A DNA stretch of 64,000 nt from Candidatus Latescibacterota bacterium (lineage in GTDB: Bacteria > Latescibacterota > UBA2968 > UBA8231): the NCBI GenBank assembly GCA_963422735.1, contig OY730476.1, forward strand, positions 3,680,001-3,744,000, written 5' to 3'. Made by a program: the position numbers and the translations under genes. The notes beneath the pieces were generated by a model. It was not told where the DNA came from and searched no databases. It saw only the letters and a program-made list of their open reading frames with translations. Shown here one piece after another: positions 21,149-31,143 of this stretch (its first letter is position 1; each line of letters begins with the position of its first letter).

Positions 21149-21174
21149 TCCTCGCCGCACCGAGTTCGTTCTAA

Positions 21175-21236
21175 GAAACTGTCTGAAACCCCTATCGACC
21201 GCGCTTAGGGCACCCCCGGAATTTCCAGACAGCTTC
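21175..21236. mobile_element. MITE copy 2 (IS5-family-like ends)
   Basis: GAAACTGTCTG...GGAATTTCCAGACAGCTTC flanked by TAA on both sides; right end identical to copy 1. Confidence 0.7.
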
Positions 21237-21301
21237 TAAGTCTCACACCCAACTTGCAAGGGCCTGTACGCGCATCTCGGGCCGCCGCGAGGAGTATTTG
21301 C

Positions 21302-22570
21302 ATGTACAAAAATGGAAAGGCTCTGCTGCTAGCTGGGCTGCTCGCAGGACCGGTCTGGTCGCAGGAAGAAGCAGCACTCGATCCTCGCGCCGAGCTCGCG
21401 GAGTACGCGCGCTACGCCGAACGGCACAACCCCAAGCTCAAGCAGGCTTTGGCGCGCTATCAAGCAGCCCTAGCAAAGGTGGCCCCAGCACGCGCTTGGG
21501 CCGACCCCCGCCTGACCTACGGCTATTTCGCGCGTCCGGTGGAGACGCGCACCGGCCCGCAGGAAATGCGCTTTAGCGCGGCGCAAACCTTCCCTTGGAA
21601 GGGCAAGTTGGATCTCAAGGGACAGATCGCCCAGCAAGAGGCCGAAGTCGAGGGCCAGCACTATGAGGCCGTGCGGCGATCGCTGATCTTCGAGGTCAAG
21701 GCCGCGTACTACGACTGCTACTTTTTGCAGCGAGCCATCGCCGTCACCGAGAGCAACTTGCGCCTGTTGGGCCATCTAGAAGAAGTAGGCCGCACCCGCT
21801 ATCGCGGCGGCACCGGGGAGTACGCTGCCGTACTCAAGGCGCAGGTGGAATTGGGCCGCTTAGAGGACCAGCTACGCAGCCTGCGTCAGCAGCGGCGGCC
21901 AGCCACGGCCCGATTAAATGCTGCCCTCGGCCGCACGGCGACCGCGCCGATAGCCGTGCCCGATTCGCTGCCTATGGCCGCGTCGGACCTAGACGAGGAA
22001 GTGCTAAAGGCGCGCTTGCAGGCCGCGAATCCAACGCTGCACGTGCGACGAGCGCAAGCGCGGGCGCAGTCCCTAGGCGTCGAGTTGGCCGGCAAGCGGT
22101 TTTACCCGGACCTGACCGTGAGCCTCGATTACATCCACATTGGTGGGGGCCGCGGCGAGAATCCGCTGATGGCCATGGCCACGCTCAACCTGCCCTTGTG
22201 GCGCTCGTCCTACGAGGCCGGAAAACGCACGGCCAAGCTAAGCTATCAGGCCGCCTTGCAGGGCGTTGCGGACGAGGAGAATAGGCTCGTTGCCAAGCTG
22301 GAGCTAGCCTTGTACAAACGACGCGATGCCCAAAGCCGCAGCGCCCTCTATCGAGACGGCCTGCTGCCCAAGGCCGAACAGATGCTCAACGTAACTCAAC
22401 GCGCCTTTGCCGCCGACCGCAGCGATTTTCTCGCGGTCATCGACGCCCAACGCACCCTGCTAGAGTTCCAGCTAGCGTACGAACGCGCACGCACCGACCA
22501 AGCCCTGCATTGGGCCGAGATTGAAAAGCTGGTCGGCGAACCCGCAACCACCGAGGAAATCCAACGATGA
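21302..22570 (+). CDS. TolC/CusC-family outer membrane efflux protein
   Basis: Signal peptide, NP.L helical repeats, QTFPWKGK and NLPLW; first gene of RND operon. Confidence 0.9.
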   Translation: MYKNGKALLLAGLLAGPVWSQEEAALDPRAELAEYARYAERHNPKLKQALARYQAALAKVAPARAWADPRLTYGYFARPVETRTGPQEMRFSAAQTFPWKGKLDLKGQIAQQEAEVEGQHYEAVRRSLIFEVKAAYYDCYFLQRAIAVTESNLRLLGHLEEVGRTRYRGGTGEYAAVLKAQVELGRLEDQLRSLRQQRRPATARLNAALGRTATAPIAVPDSLPMAASDLDEEVLKARLQAANPTLHVRRAQARAQSLGVELAGKRFYPDLTVSLDYIHIGGGRGENPLMAMATLNLPLWRSSYEAGKRTAKLSYQAALQGVADEENRLVAKLELALYKRRDAQSRSALYRDGLLPKAEQMLNVTQRAFAADRSDFLAVIDAQRTLLEFQLAYERARTDQALHWAEIEKLVGEPATTEEIQR

Positions 22571-24042
22571 AAGCAACAAAGCAAATCATAGCTACCGGCA
22601 TTGTGGCGGGGATCGTCGGCTTGGCCGTGGGCTGGGGTTTGGGCGGCTCGGACAGCGGTCGCGCACCCTTTGCCGTTGCCGAGCAGGCCGAAACGTGGAC
22701 CTGCTCGATGCACCCGCAGATCCGCCAGCCTAGTCCGGGCCAGTGCCCAATCTGCGGGATGGATCTAATCCCGGTGGCCGCACCCGTTGTAGGCGACTCC
22801 TTGGGTCCGCGCCAGTTGCGCCTCTCGCTGGCCGCGCAGGAGCTTGCCAGCATCCAGACCGCGCCGGTTGAGCGCCGCTTCGCACCGGTCGAGACGCGGA
22901 TGGTTGGCAAGATCGCAGTAGATGAGACGCAAGTCCGCTCCATCACCGCTTGGGTAGCGGGCCGGATTGACCGGCTGTACGTGGACTATACCGGCGTGCG
23001 GGTCGAAGAGGGCGACCACATAGCCTATCTCTACAGCCCCGAGCTGTTGACCGCCCAAGAGGAACTGATCCAAGCTCTGCGCGCCCGCGAGCGATTGGTT
23101 GACAGCGGCGCGTCGGTTGGGCAGACGGCGCTGGTCGCAGCCGCGCGCGAAAAGCTGCGCCTGCTCGGGCTAAAAGAGGAGCAAATCGAGCGCGTCGAAC
23201 GCAAGCGCCAAGCCTCCGACCACCTGACGATCTATGCGCCAACTGGCGGTGTGGTGATAGAAAAGCACCTCAGCGAGGGCGCGTACGTGCAGACCGGGAC
23301 GCCGATTTACACCATCGCGGACTTGTCTCGGCTGTGGCTAGATCTCCGAGCCTACGAGTCGGACTTGTCTTGGATCCACTACGGTCAGGCCGTCGAATTC
23401 TCGGCCGAGGCCTATCCGGGCGAGGTGTTCAGCGGCCAAATATCCTTCGTCGATCCATTGCTCGATGAGCGCACACGCACGGTACGCGTGCGGGTCAACG
23501 TGGCAAATGAGCAAGGTCGGCTGAAGCCGGGGATGCTGGTGTGGGCCGTGGCCCAAGCCGAGGTAGGGGCCAACGGGCGCGCCATATCCCCCGCGCTCCT
23601 CGGCAAGTGGATCAGCCCGATGCATCCAGAGATCGTCCGCGACGCGCCCGGCACCTGCGACATTTGCGGCATGGCCCTAGTGCGCGCTGAAGAGTTGGGC
23701 TATGGCGCGGGCGACGCGCCCGGGCGCGAGATGCCGCTAGTGGTGCTGGCTTCAGCACCGCTACTGACGGGCAAACGCGCCGTGGTGTACGTCGCGCTCG
23801 GCGAGGGCCTGTACGAGGGCCGCGAGATCGTGCTCGGGCCGCGGGCAGGGGATTACTACTTAGTCCGCAAGGGACTGCGCGAGGGGGAGGAAGTAGTGGT
23901 CAATGGCGCGTTTAAAATCGACAGTGCTCTCCAGATACGCGCTCAGCCCAGCGCGATGTACCCAGCAGGCGGTGCGTCGGCGCATGGTGTGGGTAGTGCG
24001 TCCGCATCCTCTGCGTCTGAGCACCGCCACGGAGGTCACTGA
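22567..24042 (+). CDS. cusB: CusB-type RND membrane fusion protein with two heavy-metal-binding domains
   Basis: WTCSMHPQI..PGQCPICGMDL and WISPMHPEI..PGTCDICGMAL; YSPELLTAQEE; His-rich C-terminus. Confidence 0.9.
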   Translation: MKATKQIIATGIVAGIVGLAVGWGLGGSDSGRAPFAVAEQAETWTCSMHPQIRQPSPGQCPICGMDLIPVAAPVVGDSLGPRQLRLSLAAQELASIQTAPVERRFAPVETRMVGKIAVDETQVRSITAWVAGRIDRLYVDYTGVRVEEGDHIAYLYSPELLTAQEELIQALRARERLVDSGASVGQTALVAAAREKLRLLGLKEEQIERVERKRQASDHLTIYAPTGGVVIEKHLSEGAYVQTGTPIYTIADLSRLWLDLRAYESDLSWIHYGQAVEFSAEAYPGEVFSGQISFVDPLLDERTRTVRVRVNVANEQGRLKPGMLVWAVAQAEVGANGRAISPALLGKWISPMHPEIVRDAPGTCDICGMALVRAEELGYGAGDAPGREMPLVVLASAPLLTGKRAVVYVALGEGLYEGREIVLGPRAGDYYLVRKGLREGEEVVVNGAFKIDSALQIRAQPSAMYPAGGASAHGVGSASASSASEHRHGGH

Positions 24043-27000
24043 TGGAGGGGCAAAACTCGCTACTTGCCCGCGTGGTGCGCTTCTTTCTCACGCGCAAGCT
24101 GGTCGCTGCACTCATGTTGGCCGGCCTCGTGGTGTGGGGCCTTGCGGTCGCTCCCTTTGCTTGGGAGTTGGCTTGGCTGCCGCGCGACCCCGTGCCCGTA
24201 GATGCGATCCCAGACATCGGCGAGAACCAGCAGATCGTCTTCAGCGAGTGGCCGGGTCGCTCGCCGCAAGATGTGGAAGATCAGGTGACCTATCCGCTGA
24301 CCACGGCGCTTTTGGGCGTGCCGGGCGTCGAGACGATCCGCAGTTTCTCGATGTTCGGCTTTTCGAACATCTATGTGATTTTTGCCGAAGGAGTCGATTT
24401 CTATTGGTCGCGCTCCCGCATCCTCGAAAAGCTCAATAGTCTGCCTACCGGCCTCCTGCCCGAGGGCGTACAGCCGGCCTTGGGGCCGGACGCAACGGCC
24501 TTGGGGCAGGTATTCTGGTACACGTTGGAAGGCCGCGACGAACAGGGCGCACCCGCCGGCGGCTGGGACCTGCACGAGTTGCGCCGCATTCAGGACTGGC
24601 AGGTGCGCTATGCCCTATTGGCTGCCCACGGCGTCAGCGAGGTGGCCTCGGTGGGCGGCTTCGTGCAGGAATACCAAATCGACGTCAACCCAGACGCGTT
24701 GCGCGCCTATGGAGTGCGGCTCGACGAGGTCTTCCACGCGGTCCGCATGTCCAACCGGGACGTGGGTGCGCGCACCGTAGAGCTGAATCGAGTCGAGTAC
24801 ATCATTCGCGGCATCGGCTTTGTCAAAGGATTGGCCGACCTTGAAAACGCGGTCATTAAGGCGCGGGACAATGTCCCGATTTACGTCAAAAACGTCGCGC
24901 AGGTCGCGCTGGGTCCGGCGGCGCGGCGCGGCGCGTTGGACAAGGAAGGTGCGGAGGTAGTCGGCGGCGTGGTGGTGGCGCGCTTCGGTGCCAATCCCCT
25001 AGCAGCTATTGAAAGCGTCAAAGCCAAGATCGCGGAAATCGCCCCGAGCCTGCCCAAGAAAACCTTGCCCGACGGGCGGGTCAGCCAAGTGCAGGTGATC
25101 CCTTTTTACGACCGCTCCGGGCTGATCGAGGAGACGCTGGGCACGCTGGAGCGCGCTCTGAGCGAGGAGGTACTGGTAACGGTGATCGTGGTGCTGGCGC
25201 TGGTGATGAACCTGCGCGGGGCCGCGCTGGTCTCCGGGCTGTTGCCGCTGGCCGTGCTCGCCTGCTTCGCCGCCATGAAGGTCTTTGGCATTGACGCCAA
25301 CATAGTCGCCCTCTCCGGCATTGCCATCGCCATCGGCACCATGGTCGATATGGGCATCGTCATCAGCGAGAACATTCTCAAGCACTTAGAGGATGCAGAC
25401 GCAGAGGACGACCGCTTGGAAGTGATTTTCTGCGCCACGCGCGAAGTCGGCGGTGCCGTGCTGACGGCCGTGCTCACCACGGTAGTGGGCTTTTTGCCCG
25501 TTTTCGCCATGGAAGGGGCCGAGGGCAAGCTCTTCGCGCCGCTGGCCTTTACTAAGACCTTTGCGCTGTTAGCCGCTGTGTGGCTGTCGCTGACAGCCTT
25601 GCCAGCCTTGGCACACTGTATGTTTGCAACGCGACTGCGGCGACCCGGCCTTTGGGCGGCCTGTGGCCTCGGAGTGGCCCTCGTTTTGTCGTGGTGGATC
25701 GGCCTGCTGCTGATAGCCATTGGGACGCATCACCTGCTCGCCGCCCGCGTACCGGAGGGGGTGCGCTTGTGGGTGGCGCGGGGTGCGGTGGCCGTTGTAG
25801 CCATCGGGGTCGTTGCCGTGCTGGCGGAACACTGGTTGCCCTTAGGCCCGGAAAAGGGCGGATGGCGCAATTTTCTCTTCGCCGCTGGATTGATCGGCGG
25901 CCTGTTGGCGCTTTTTCGCGTCTTGCAACATGTATTCCCCCGCGTACTCGGGTGGTGTCTGGATCACAAGGGCTTGGCTCTGCTTTTCCCCTTGTTGCTG
26001 ACGCTGGCCGGCGCGTCCGCGTGGCTGGGTTTTGCCCGCGTCTTCGGCTTTGTGCCGCCCGCCCTGCGCAACACCGCGTCCTTTGCCGCCCTCGCCGAGG
26101 CCCTGCCCGGATTGGGCAAGGAGTTTATGCCGCCTCTCGACGAAGGTTCCTTCCTGTGGATGCCGACGACCATGCCCCATGCCTCCATCGGCGAGGTGCT
26201 CGATGTCCTGCAGAAACAGAACGCGGCCATTTCGCAGATACCAGAAGTGGAGTCCGCAGTGGGGAAGCTGGGACGGGCGGAGACTCCGCTGGACCCCGCG
26301 CCGATTTCCATGATTGAGACCGTGATCAGCTATCGGGCGGAATACCTCACCGACGAGGCTGGCCGCCGCCTATTGTTCGCTTTTGACGAGCGCACCACGG
26401 ACCTTTTCCGCAACCCCGATGGTACGCCCTCGTCCGCTCCCGATGGCGTGCCCTACAAGGTGCTGGGCCACTATCTCCGCGACGCAGCCGGCCGCCTCGT
26501 GCCCGACGTGCAGGGGCGGCCTTTTCGCTTGTGGCGTCCGCCCTTAGATACCGCGCTCAACCCGGGGCGCGTCGCTTGGCCGGGAATACAGGGCCCCGAC
26601 GATATATGGGCGGAGATCACTCGGGCCGGCCAGATCCCCGGCTCTACTTCGGCACCCAAGTTACAGCCGATTGCCGCCCGGCTCGTCATGTTGCAAAGCG
26701 GGATGCGCGCCCCCATGGGCATTGAGATCAAAGGCCCTAATTTGGAGGCCATCGAGCGCGCCGGCTTGGAGATAGAGCGCTTGCTCAAGGAAGTGCCCGC
26801 GGTCGAGTCGGCGACCGTCAACGCCGACCGCATCGTCGGCAAGCCCTACTTGGAGATCCACATCGACCGCGAGGCCATTGCCCGCCACGGCATCGCCCTG
26901 CAAGAGGTACAGGACGCAATTGAGATCGCCATCGGGGGCAAGCAGGTCACGACCACGGTGGAAGGCCGGGAGCGCTATCCCGTGCGGGTGCGCTACATGC

Positions 27001-27905
27001 GCGAATTGCGCGACAGCGTCGAGGAACTGGTGCGAATTCTGGTGCCAGCACCGGACGGAGCGCAGATTCTCTTGGGCGAGCTGGCCGAGCTTCGCTACGT
27101 GCGTGGCCCCCAAGTCATCAAGAGCGAGGATACGTTTTTGCTAGGCTACGTGCTCTTCGACAAGAAGCCGGGGTACGCGGAAGTTGATGTGGTCCAAGCG
27201 TGCCGAGCGCATTTGGCCAGCAAAAGGGCCAGCGGCGATCTCGCGTTGGATACCGGCGTTAGCTACACCTTCGCCGGTAGGTACGAAAACCAACTGAGAG
27301 CGCAGCAGAAGCTCAACGTGCTGCTGCCACTCGCGCTGGCGACGATCTTCCTCCTCCTCTATTTACAGTTTGGCAACGCCGCCACGGCCCTGATGGTCTT
27401 TTCCGGGGTTGCAGTAGCTTGGGCTGGCGGCTTTGCCATGCTCTGGCTATACGGGCAGGAATGGTTTTTGGATTTCTCCGTCTTAGGCATGGAAATGCGC
27501 ACGCTTTTCCACATCCGTCCTGTGAACTTGAGTGTGGCGGTGTGGGTGGGGTTTCTCGCGCTATTTGGCATTGCTTCGGACAACGGCGTGATTGTGGCGA
27601 CCTATCTGCGCCAAGTCTTTTGCGAGCAAAAGCCAGCGACCGTCGAAGCGATGCGCCGCGCCGTACTCGCCGCTGGGGTGCGGCGCATCCGCCCCTGTCT
27701 GATGACGGCGGCTACCACGATCTTGGCACTGATCCCCGTGCTGACGGCGAGTGGACGCGGCGCAGACCTCATGCTGCCGATGGCCATTCCCACTCTCGGC
27801 GGCATGATGGCGGTGGTGCTGACCGCGCCGATTGTGCCGGTGCTGTACTGCGCGGTCGAGGAGTGGAAGCCGCGCATTGCGGCTTGGCGGTCAGAAGAGC
27901 GATAA
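24042..27905 (+). CDS. cusA: CusA/CzcA-family heavy-metal RND permease
   Basis: DAIPDIGENQQIVF, GRSPQDVEDQVTYPL, GKEFMPPLDEG and RIRPCLMT. Confidence 0.92.
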   Translation: MEGQNSLLARVVRFFLTRKLVAALMLAGLVVWGLAVAPFAWELAWLPRDPVPVDAIPDIGENQQIVFSEWPGRSPQDVEDQVTYPLTTALLGVPGVETIRSFSMFGFSNIYVIFAEGVDFYWSRSRILEKLNSLPTGLLPEGVQPALGPDATALGQVFWYTLEGRDEQGAPAGGWDLHELRRIQDWQVRYALLAAHGVSEVASVGGFVQEYQIDVNPDALRAYGVRLDEVFHAVRMSNRDVGARTVELNRVEYIIRGIGFVKGLADLENAVIKARDNVPIYVKNVAQVALGPAARRGALDKEGAEVVGGVVVARFGANPLAAIESVKAKIAEIAPSLPKKTLPDGRVSQVQVIPFYDRSGLIEETLGTLERALSEEVLVTVIVVLALVMNLRGAALVSGLLPLAVLACFAAMKVFGIDANIVALSGIAIAIGTMVDMGIVISENILKHLEDADAEDDRLEVIFCATREVGGAVLTAVLTTVVGFLPVFAMEGAEGKLFAPLAFTKTFALLAAVWLSLTALPALAHCMFATRLRRPGLWAACGLGVALVLSWWIGLLLIAIGTHHLLAARVPEGVRLWVARGAVAVVAIGVVAVLAEHWLPLGPEKGGWRNFLFAAGLIGGLLALFRVLQHVFPRVLGWCLDHKGLALLFPLLLTLAGASAWLGFARVFGFVPPALRNTASFAALAEALPGLGKEFMPPLDEGSFLWMPTTMPHASIGEVLDVLQKQNAAISQIPEVESAVGKLGRAETPLDPAPISMIETVISYRAEYLTDEAGRRLLFAFDERTTDLFRNPDGTPSSAPDGVPYKVLGHYLRDAAGRLVPDVQGRPFRLWRPPLDTALNPGRVAWPGIQGPDDIWAEITRAGQIPGSTSAPKLQPIAARLVMLQSGMRAPMGIEIKGPNLEAIERAGLEIERLLKEVPAVESATVNADRIVGKPYLEIHIDREAIARHGIALQEVQDAIEIAIGGKQVTTTVEGRERYPVRVRYMRELRDSVEELVRILVPAPDGAQILLGELAELRYVRGPQVIKSEDTFLLGYVLFDKKPGYAEVDVVQACRAHLASKRASGDLALDTGVSYTFAGRYENQLRAQQKLNVLLPLALATIFLLLYLQFGNAATALMVFSGVAVAWAGGFAMLWLYGQEWFLDFSVLGMEMRTLFHIRPVNLSVAVWVGFLALFGIASDNGVIVATYLRQVFCEQKPATVEAMRRAVLAAGVRRIRPCLMTAATTILALIPVLTASGRGADLMLPMAIPTLGGMMAVVLTAPIVPVLYCAVEEWKPRIAAWRSEER

Positions 27906-27928
27906 CTTAGCACTTCGCGTCGCCGCTA

Positions 27929-27956
27929 TAGTGATCAGTGGTTAGTGATCAGTGGT
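27929..27956. repeat. 14-bp tandem duplication
   Basis: TAGTGATCAGTGGT x2 downstream of cusA. Confidence 0.8.
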
Positions 27957-28077
27957 CCGTCCCATCCGCCCTCTTGGCGACGGGTACCCGGCGACGGGCC
28001 CCGGAACATCGACGCGGGGGACCGCGCTGGTCCGGACGAAGGCTACGGGCCAGCCGAGTGAAACCGCCTACATGAAA

Positions 28078-28111
28078 CCGGAATTTCCAACCGTAAACTA
28101 GGAAATTCCGG
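28078..28111. repeat. Inverted repeat, 11-bp arms with 12-bp spacer
   Basis: CCGGAATTTCC-N12-GGAAATTCCGG upstream of ORF 28138. Confidence 0.75.
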
Positions 28112-28137
28112 AAAAGAAATCTCGCCAGTAAGACGTT

Positions 28138-28749
28138 TTGATGCCGCAGAGCCGAACATCGTTGAGTTTTTCCATCACCGAGGCATCGATCGCCAAGCAA
28201 CGCGTACTCGTGGACATGCTGAACGCCGAAATTGAGCGGCTTTCCGGGGAAGCCCGCGTCGCCAAAGATGCCAAGGCCAAAACCCGGATCTTTTCCGAGG
28301 TGCTGAAGTTTCAGGAAGAAGCAGAAACCTACCAGGAGCAAATGGCCAGAGAGTCCAGCGAGTTGCTGTTGTCGCTAGATGTCGCTCCGGCGCAAACCGA
28401 CGGCCCCGATGAGATCCAGCAGAAATTAGCCGTGCTCCAGGACCAGCAAGATATTATACGGACCAAAATCGGAGAGCTTGACCGGCAAATCCGCGAAACC
28501 AGTAAAGCGATCGCTTTGCGGCGCAACATGCTGGAGTTGCTCCGCGACATTCGCCGCGGGGAAGAAGACGAATTCGATCTCGACAGCAACCTCGATAGCG
28601 CTAGGTTGGAAGGCGAAATTGCGGATGCGGAATCGGGGCTGGAAACTTGGCGCGCCAAACGGGAGAGCTGGCACGACAAAGACAAAATCCTCAGCGAGAA
28701 AGCGGCGCATCTCGCCCGAGAACTCGAGAATATGCTCAAAGGAAAGTGA
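28138..28749 (+). CDS. Hypothetical coiled-coil protein (possibly 5'-truncated)
   Basis: E/K/Q/L-rich heptad character; no clear RBS or signal peptide. Confidence 0.55.
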   Translation: MMPQSRTSLSFSITEASIAKQRVLVDMLNAEIERLSGEARVAKDAKAKTRIFSEVLKFQEEAETYQEQMARESSELLLSLDVAPAQTDGPDEIQQKLAVLQDQQDIIRTKIGELDRQIRETSKAIALRRNMLELLRDIRRGEEDEFDLDSNLDSARLEGEIADAESGLETWRAKRESWHDKDKILSEKAAHLARELENMLKGK

Positions 28750-28761
28750 CGATAGTTCCAC

Positions 28762-29840
28762 GTGTCATTGAGAATTGCAGCTATCATATGGTCGCTCGCA
28801 CTGAGCGTCCCGTGCCTAGTTCGCGCCGATTCATCGTTGCGGATCAAGCCCTTTTTTGACCTCCGCTACCAGTGCGAAGACAATGTCTTTCAGGTGCCGA
28901 CAGAACAGGGCGAACAACGGGATTTTGCCGCGTATATATGGGCAGGGGTCGATGTCAGGGCCATACTTGACCCTCGTACGCGCATCGCCGTACGCTATGA
29001 GATGGCCCCGCGTCGCTTCGCCGACGCGACCCGGAAGAATCGCTACGATCACCTGCTGTCAGGTCTTTGGCGCCGCAGGCTTTCCCGCGATGCCACGCTC
29101 CTGACCGTCGCCAACCTCGGCCTGCGGCACCAACCCAACGACCGCATCAACGAATACTTCAAGCAAGATATCAGTGGTCAACTCCAGATGCGATGGAACT
29201 CGTCGTGGTCGTCCCGGTTCGGGGCCGAGCTGCGGAACAAATACTTTCCCAACAGCAAAGGCAGCACATATAGCAGTGTCATGGTCGAAGGCGGGGTCAG
29301 ACGTCGGCTCAGCGCGATTGCACATGTTTCATCACATCCGACCTCGACGAGTACGTGGGCGGGATCCGCCAGACCGCCAGCCTCGGGTTTGAGGGCATGG
29401 CCTTGGGGCAGGTGTTGCTGAATTTGAAATATCAGTTCGAAATCGATCTAGCCACCCGCGAACTCCCGCGCCACGAACCCTTCTCTCGCGAGCCCGAGCA
29501 AGGGGGTGGATTCGGCCATCACAACGGCGACGCGGACGATGTCGATTTCAACTTCGCCAACCACCGTATAGGGTCTTTGTTCATCTGGCGATTCGCGCCG
29601 CGTTCCAACGCGAGCCTTTATGCGCGCCGTCATTTCAAGTTATACGAGGATTGGATCGTGCCCGGGGCCGGCACCAAACGGCGCGACAACCTCACCCGGT
29701 TGCGCTTCGGCTTTAAGCAGGACCTCCGCGACGACCTTGCGGCGCGGCTGGAATACGCGTTTGCGACTAACGACTCGAACGACCCCACCCGGAGCTACGC
29801 CGACAACGCCTATTCGATGGAACTGCAATACTCCTTTTAA
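28762..29840 (+). pseudogene. Outer-membrane beta-barrel protein split by frameshift near 29320-29360
   Basis: ORF 28762-29421 has a signal peptide and strands; overlapping ORF 29355-29840 ends YSMELQYSF (BamA beta-signal). Confidence 0.65.
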
Positions 29841-29879
29841 TGGCCAGACCGCGCTGCCAAACCCCAGATAAATCTGCCC

Positions 29880-29908
29880 TTGCTGCTACCAACGCCCGGC
29901 GATATAAT
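29880..29908 (+). promoter_or_regulatory. Sigma70-like promoter
   Basis: TTGCTG-N17-TATAAT. Confidence 0.55.
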
Positions 29909-29980
29909 GTATCCCCCTTGCGGCAAGTTGCCCCTACGTAGCGAAAAACGCCCAATGTAGATTTTGAGAAGGCTTTAGAC

Positions 29981-31141
29981 GTGCAAATACAATCCATCCG
30001 CGTAGTTGATCTCCAGCTTTCGCACAACCCGCCCAAAACCGCGCCCCGCCGCCCCTCTTGGAACCAGCGCGCGCCGCGCTCGTTGCCGATCAACAAGTAC
30101 CCAGAATTCTCGCGCCTACCCGGCCAGATGCCGGGCATGGGCGGCGGTCCCGTCTGGGTCCAGGTCACGGCCGAAGACGGCACTTGGGGTTTGGGCGGCT
30201 GCTCCTTTGGTGAGCCGGTAGCCTCCATCGTCGAGCAGGTCTTCGCGCCCCTGCTGACGGGCCGCGATTGTCTGGCCACGGAATTTCTCAACGACCTGAT
30301 GTGGCGCGCCGCTCAGCGTCTCGGTCATGCTGGTTGCGCGGCCGTTGCCCAAAGCGGCATTGATCTGGCACTCTGGGACCTCAAGGGCAAGCTGCTGGGC
30401 CAGCCCGTGTACCGCCTGCTCGGCGGCCCCTGCCGCGACCATCTCGAACTCTACGCCACCGGCGACGACCTCGACTGGGGCCTCGAACTGGGGTTTCGCG
30501 CTTTCAAGGTTACCAATCCGGTCCACTACCGAGAAGGTCAGGAAGGGCTCAACCGCCTCGAGGACAAAATCGCCCAAGCGCGCGAGACCATCGGCCCCGA
30601 CTGCGAGCTGATGCTCAACGCGGTCATGTCCTACAGCGTCGAATACGCCGTCCAAGTAGCCGAGCGGCTCAAGCCCTATCAGATGCGCTGGATTGAGGAG
30701 CCGCTGATTCCCACGGATCTCGAAGGCCACATCGCGCTCAAGCGGGCCGCTCCCTACGTGCCTATTGCCACCGGCGAGGACCACCACGGCCGTCAGGCCT
30801 TCCGCCAGCTAGTCGAACACCGCTGCGTCGATGTGCTGCAACCCGACCTCAAGTGGTGTGGCGGTCTCTCCGAAGCCGTCAAGATCTACTACATCGCCGA
30901 AGCCGCCGGCCTTGTCACCATCCCCCACGGCGGTGCCAACACTGCCTACGGACAACACTTCGCCTTTGCCTTTCCCGAATCGCCGCTGGCCGAGTACTGG
31001 CTCGGCTCGGCCCCGGGCATTCCCTTGGACGAAATACCCGTCATACCGGGCACAGCCGTGCCTCAAGAGGGGTGCTTGATCCCTTCGGACGCGCCGGGTT
31101 TTGGAATGGAAATAGACGAGGACTGGATAGTACCGCGCTGA
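29981..31141 (+). CDS. Mandelate racemase/enolase-superfamily sugar-acid dehydratase (L-rhamnonate dehydratase-like)
   Basis: SGIDLALWDLKGK, WIEEPL, IATGED, QPDLKWCGG and IPHGG. Confidence 0.85.
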   Translation: MQIQSIRVVDLQLSHNPPKTAPRRPSWNQRAPRSLPINKYPEFSRLPGQMPGMGGGPVWVQVTAEDGTWGLGGCSFGEPVASIVEQVFAPLLTGRDCLATEFLNDLMWRAAQRLGHAGCAAVAQSGIDLALWDLKGKLLGQPVYRLLGGPCRDHLELYATGDDLDWGLELGFRAFKVTNPVHYREGQEGLNRLEDKIAQARETIGPDCELMLNAVMSYSVEYAVQVAERLKPYQMRWIEEPLIPTDLEGHIALKRAAPYVPIATGEDHHGRQAFRQLVEHRCVDVLQPDLKWCGGLSEAVKIYYIAEAAGLVTIPHGGANTAYGQHFAFAFPESPLAEYWLGSAPGIPLDEIPVIPGTAVPQEGCLIPSDAPGFGMEIDEDWIVPR

Positions 31142-31143
31142 AC

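Noticed and set aside
19866-21236. Composite transposon bounded by the two MITEs
   Set aside because: Each copy has its own distinct target duplication (TGA versus TAA), indicating independent insertions.
27929-27956. Tandem repeat as a CRISPR remnant
   Set aside because: Only two adjacent 14-bp units, no spacers and no cas genes.
28030-28066. Hammerhead-ribozyme-like GGACGAAGGCT...AGCCGAGTGAAAC
   Set aside because: The core reads CGGACGA, not CUGANGA, and GAAA does not directly follow stem II.
29320-29421. Programmed frameshift joining the two barrel ORFs
   Set aside because: No slippery heptamer or homopolymer is visible; a deletion or assembly error is more likely.
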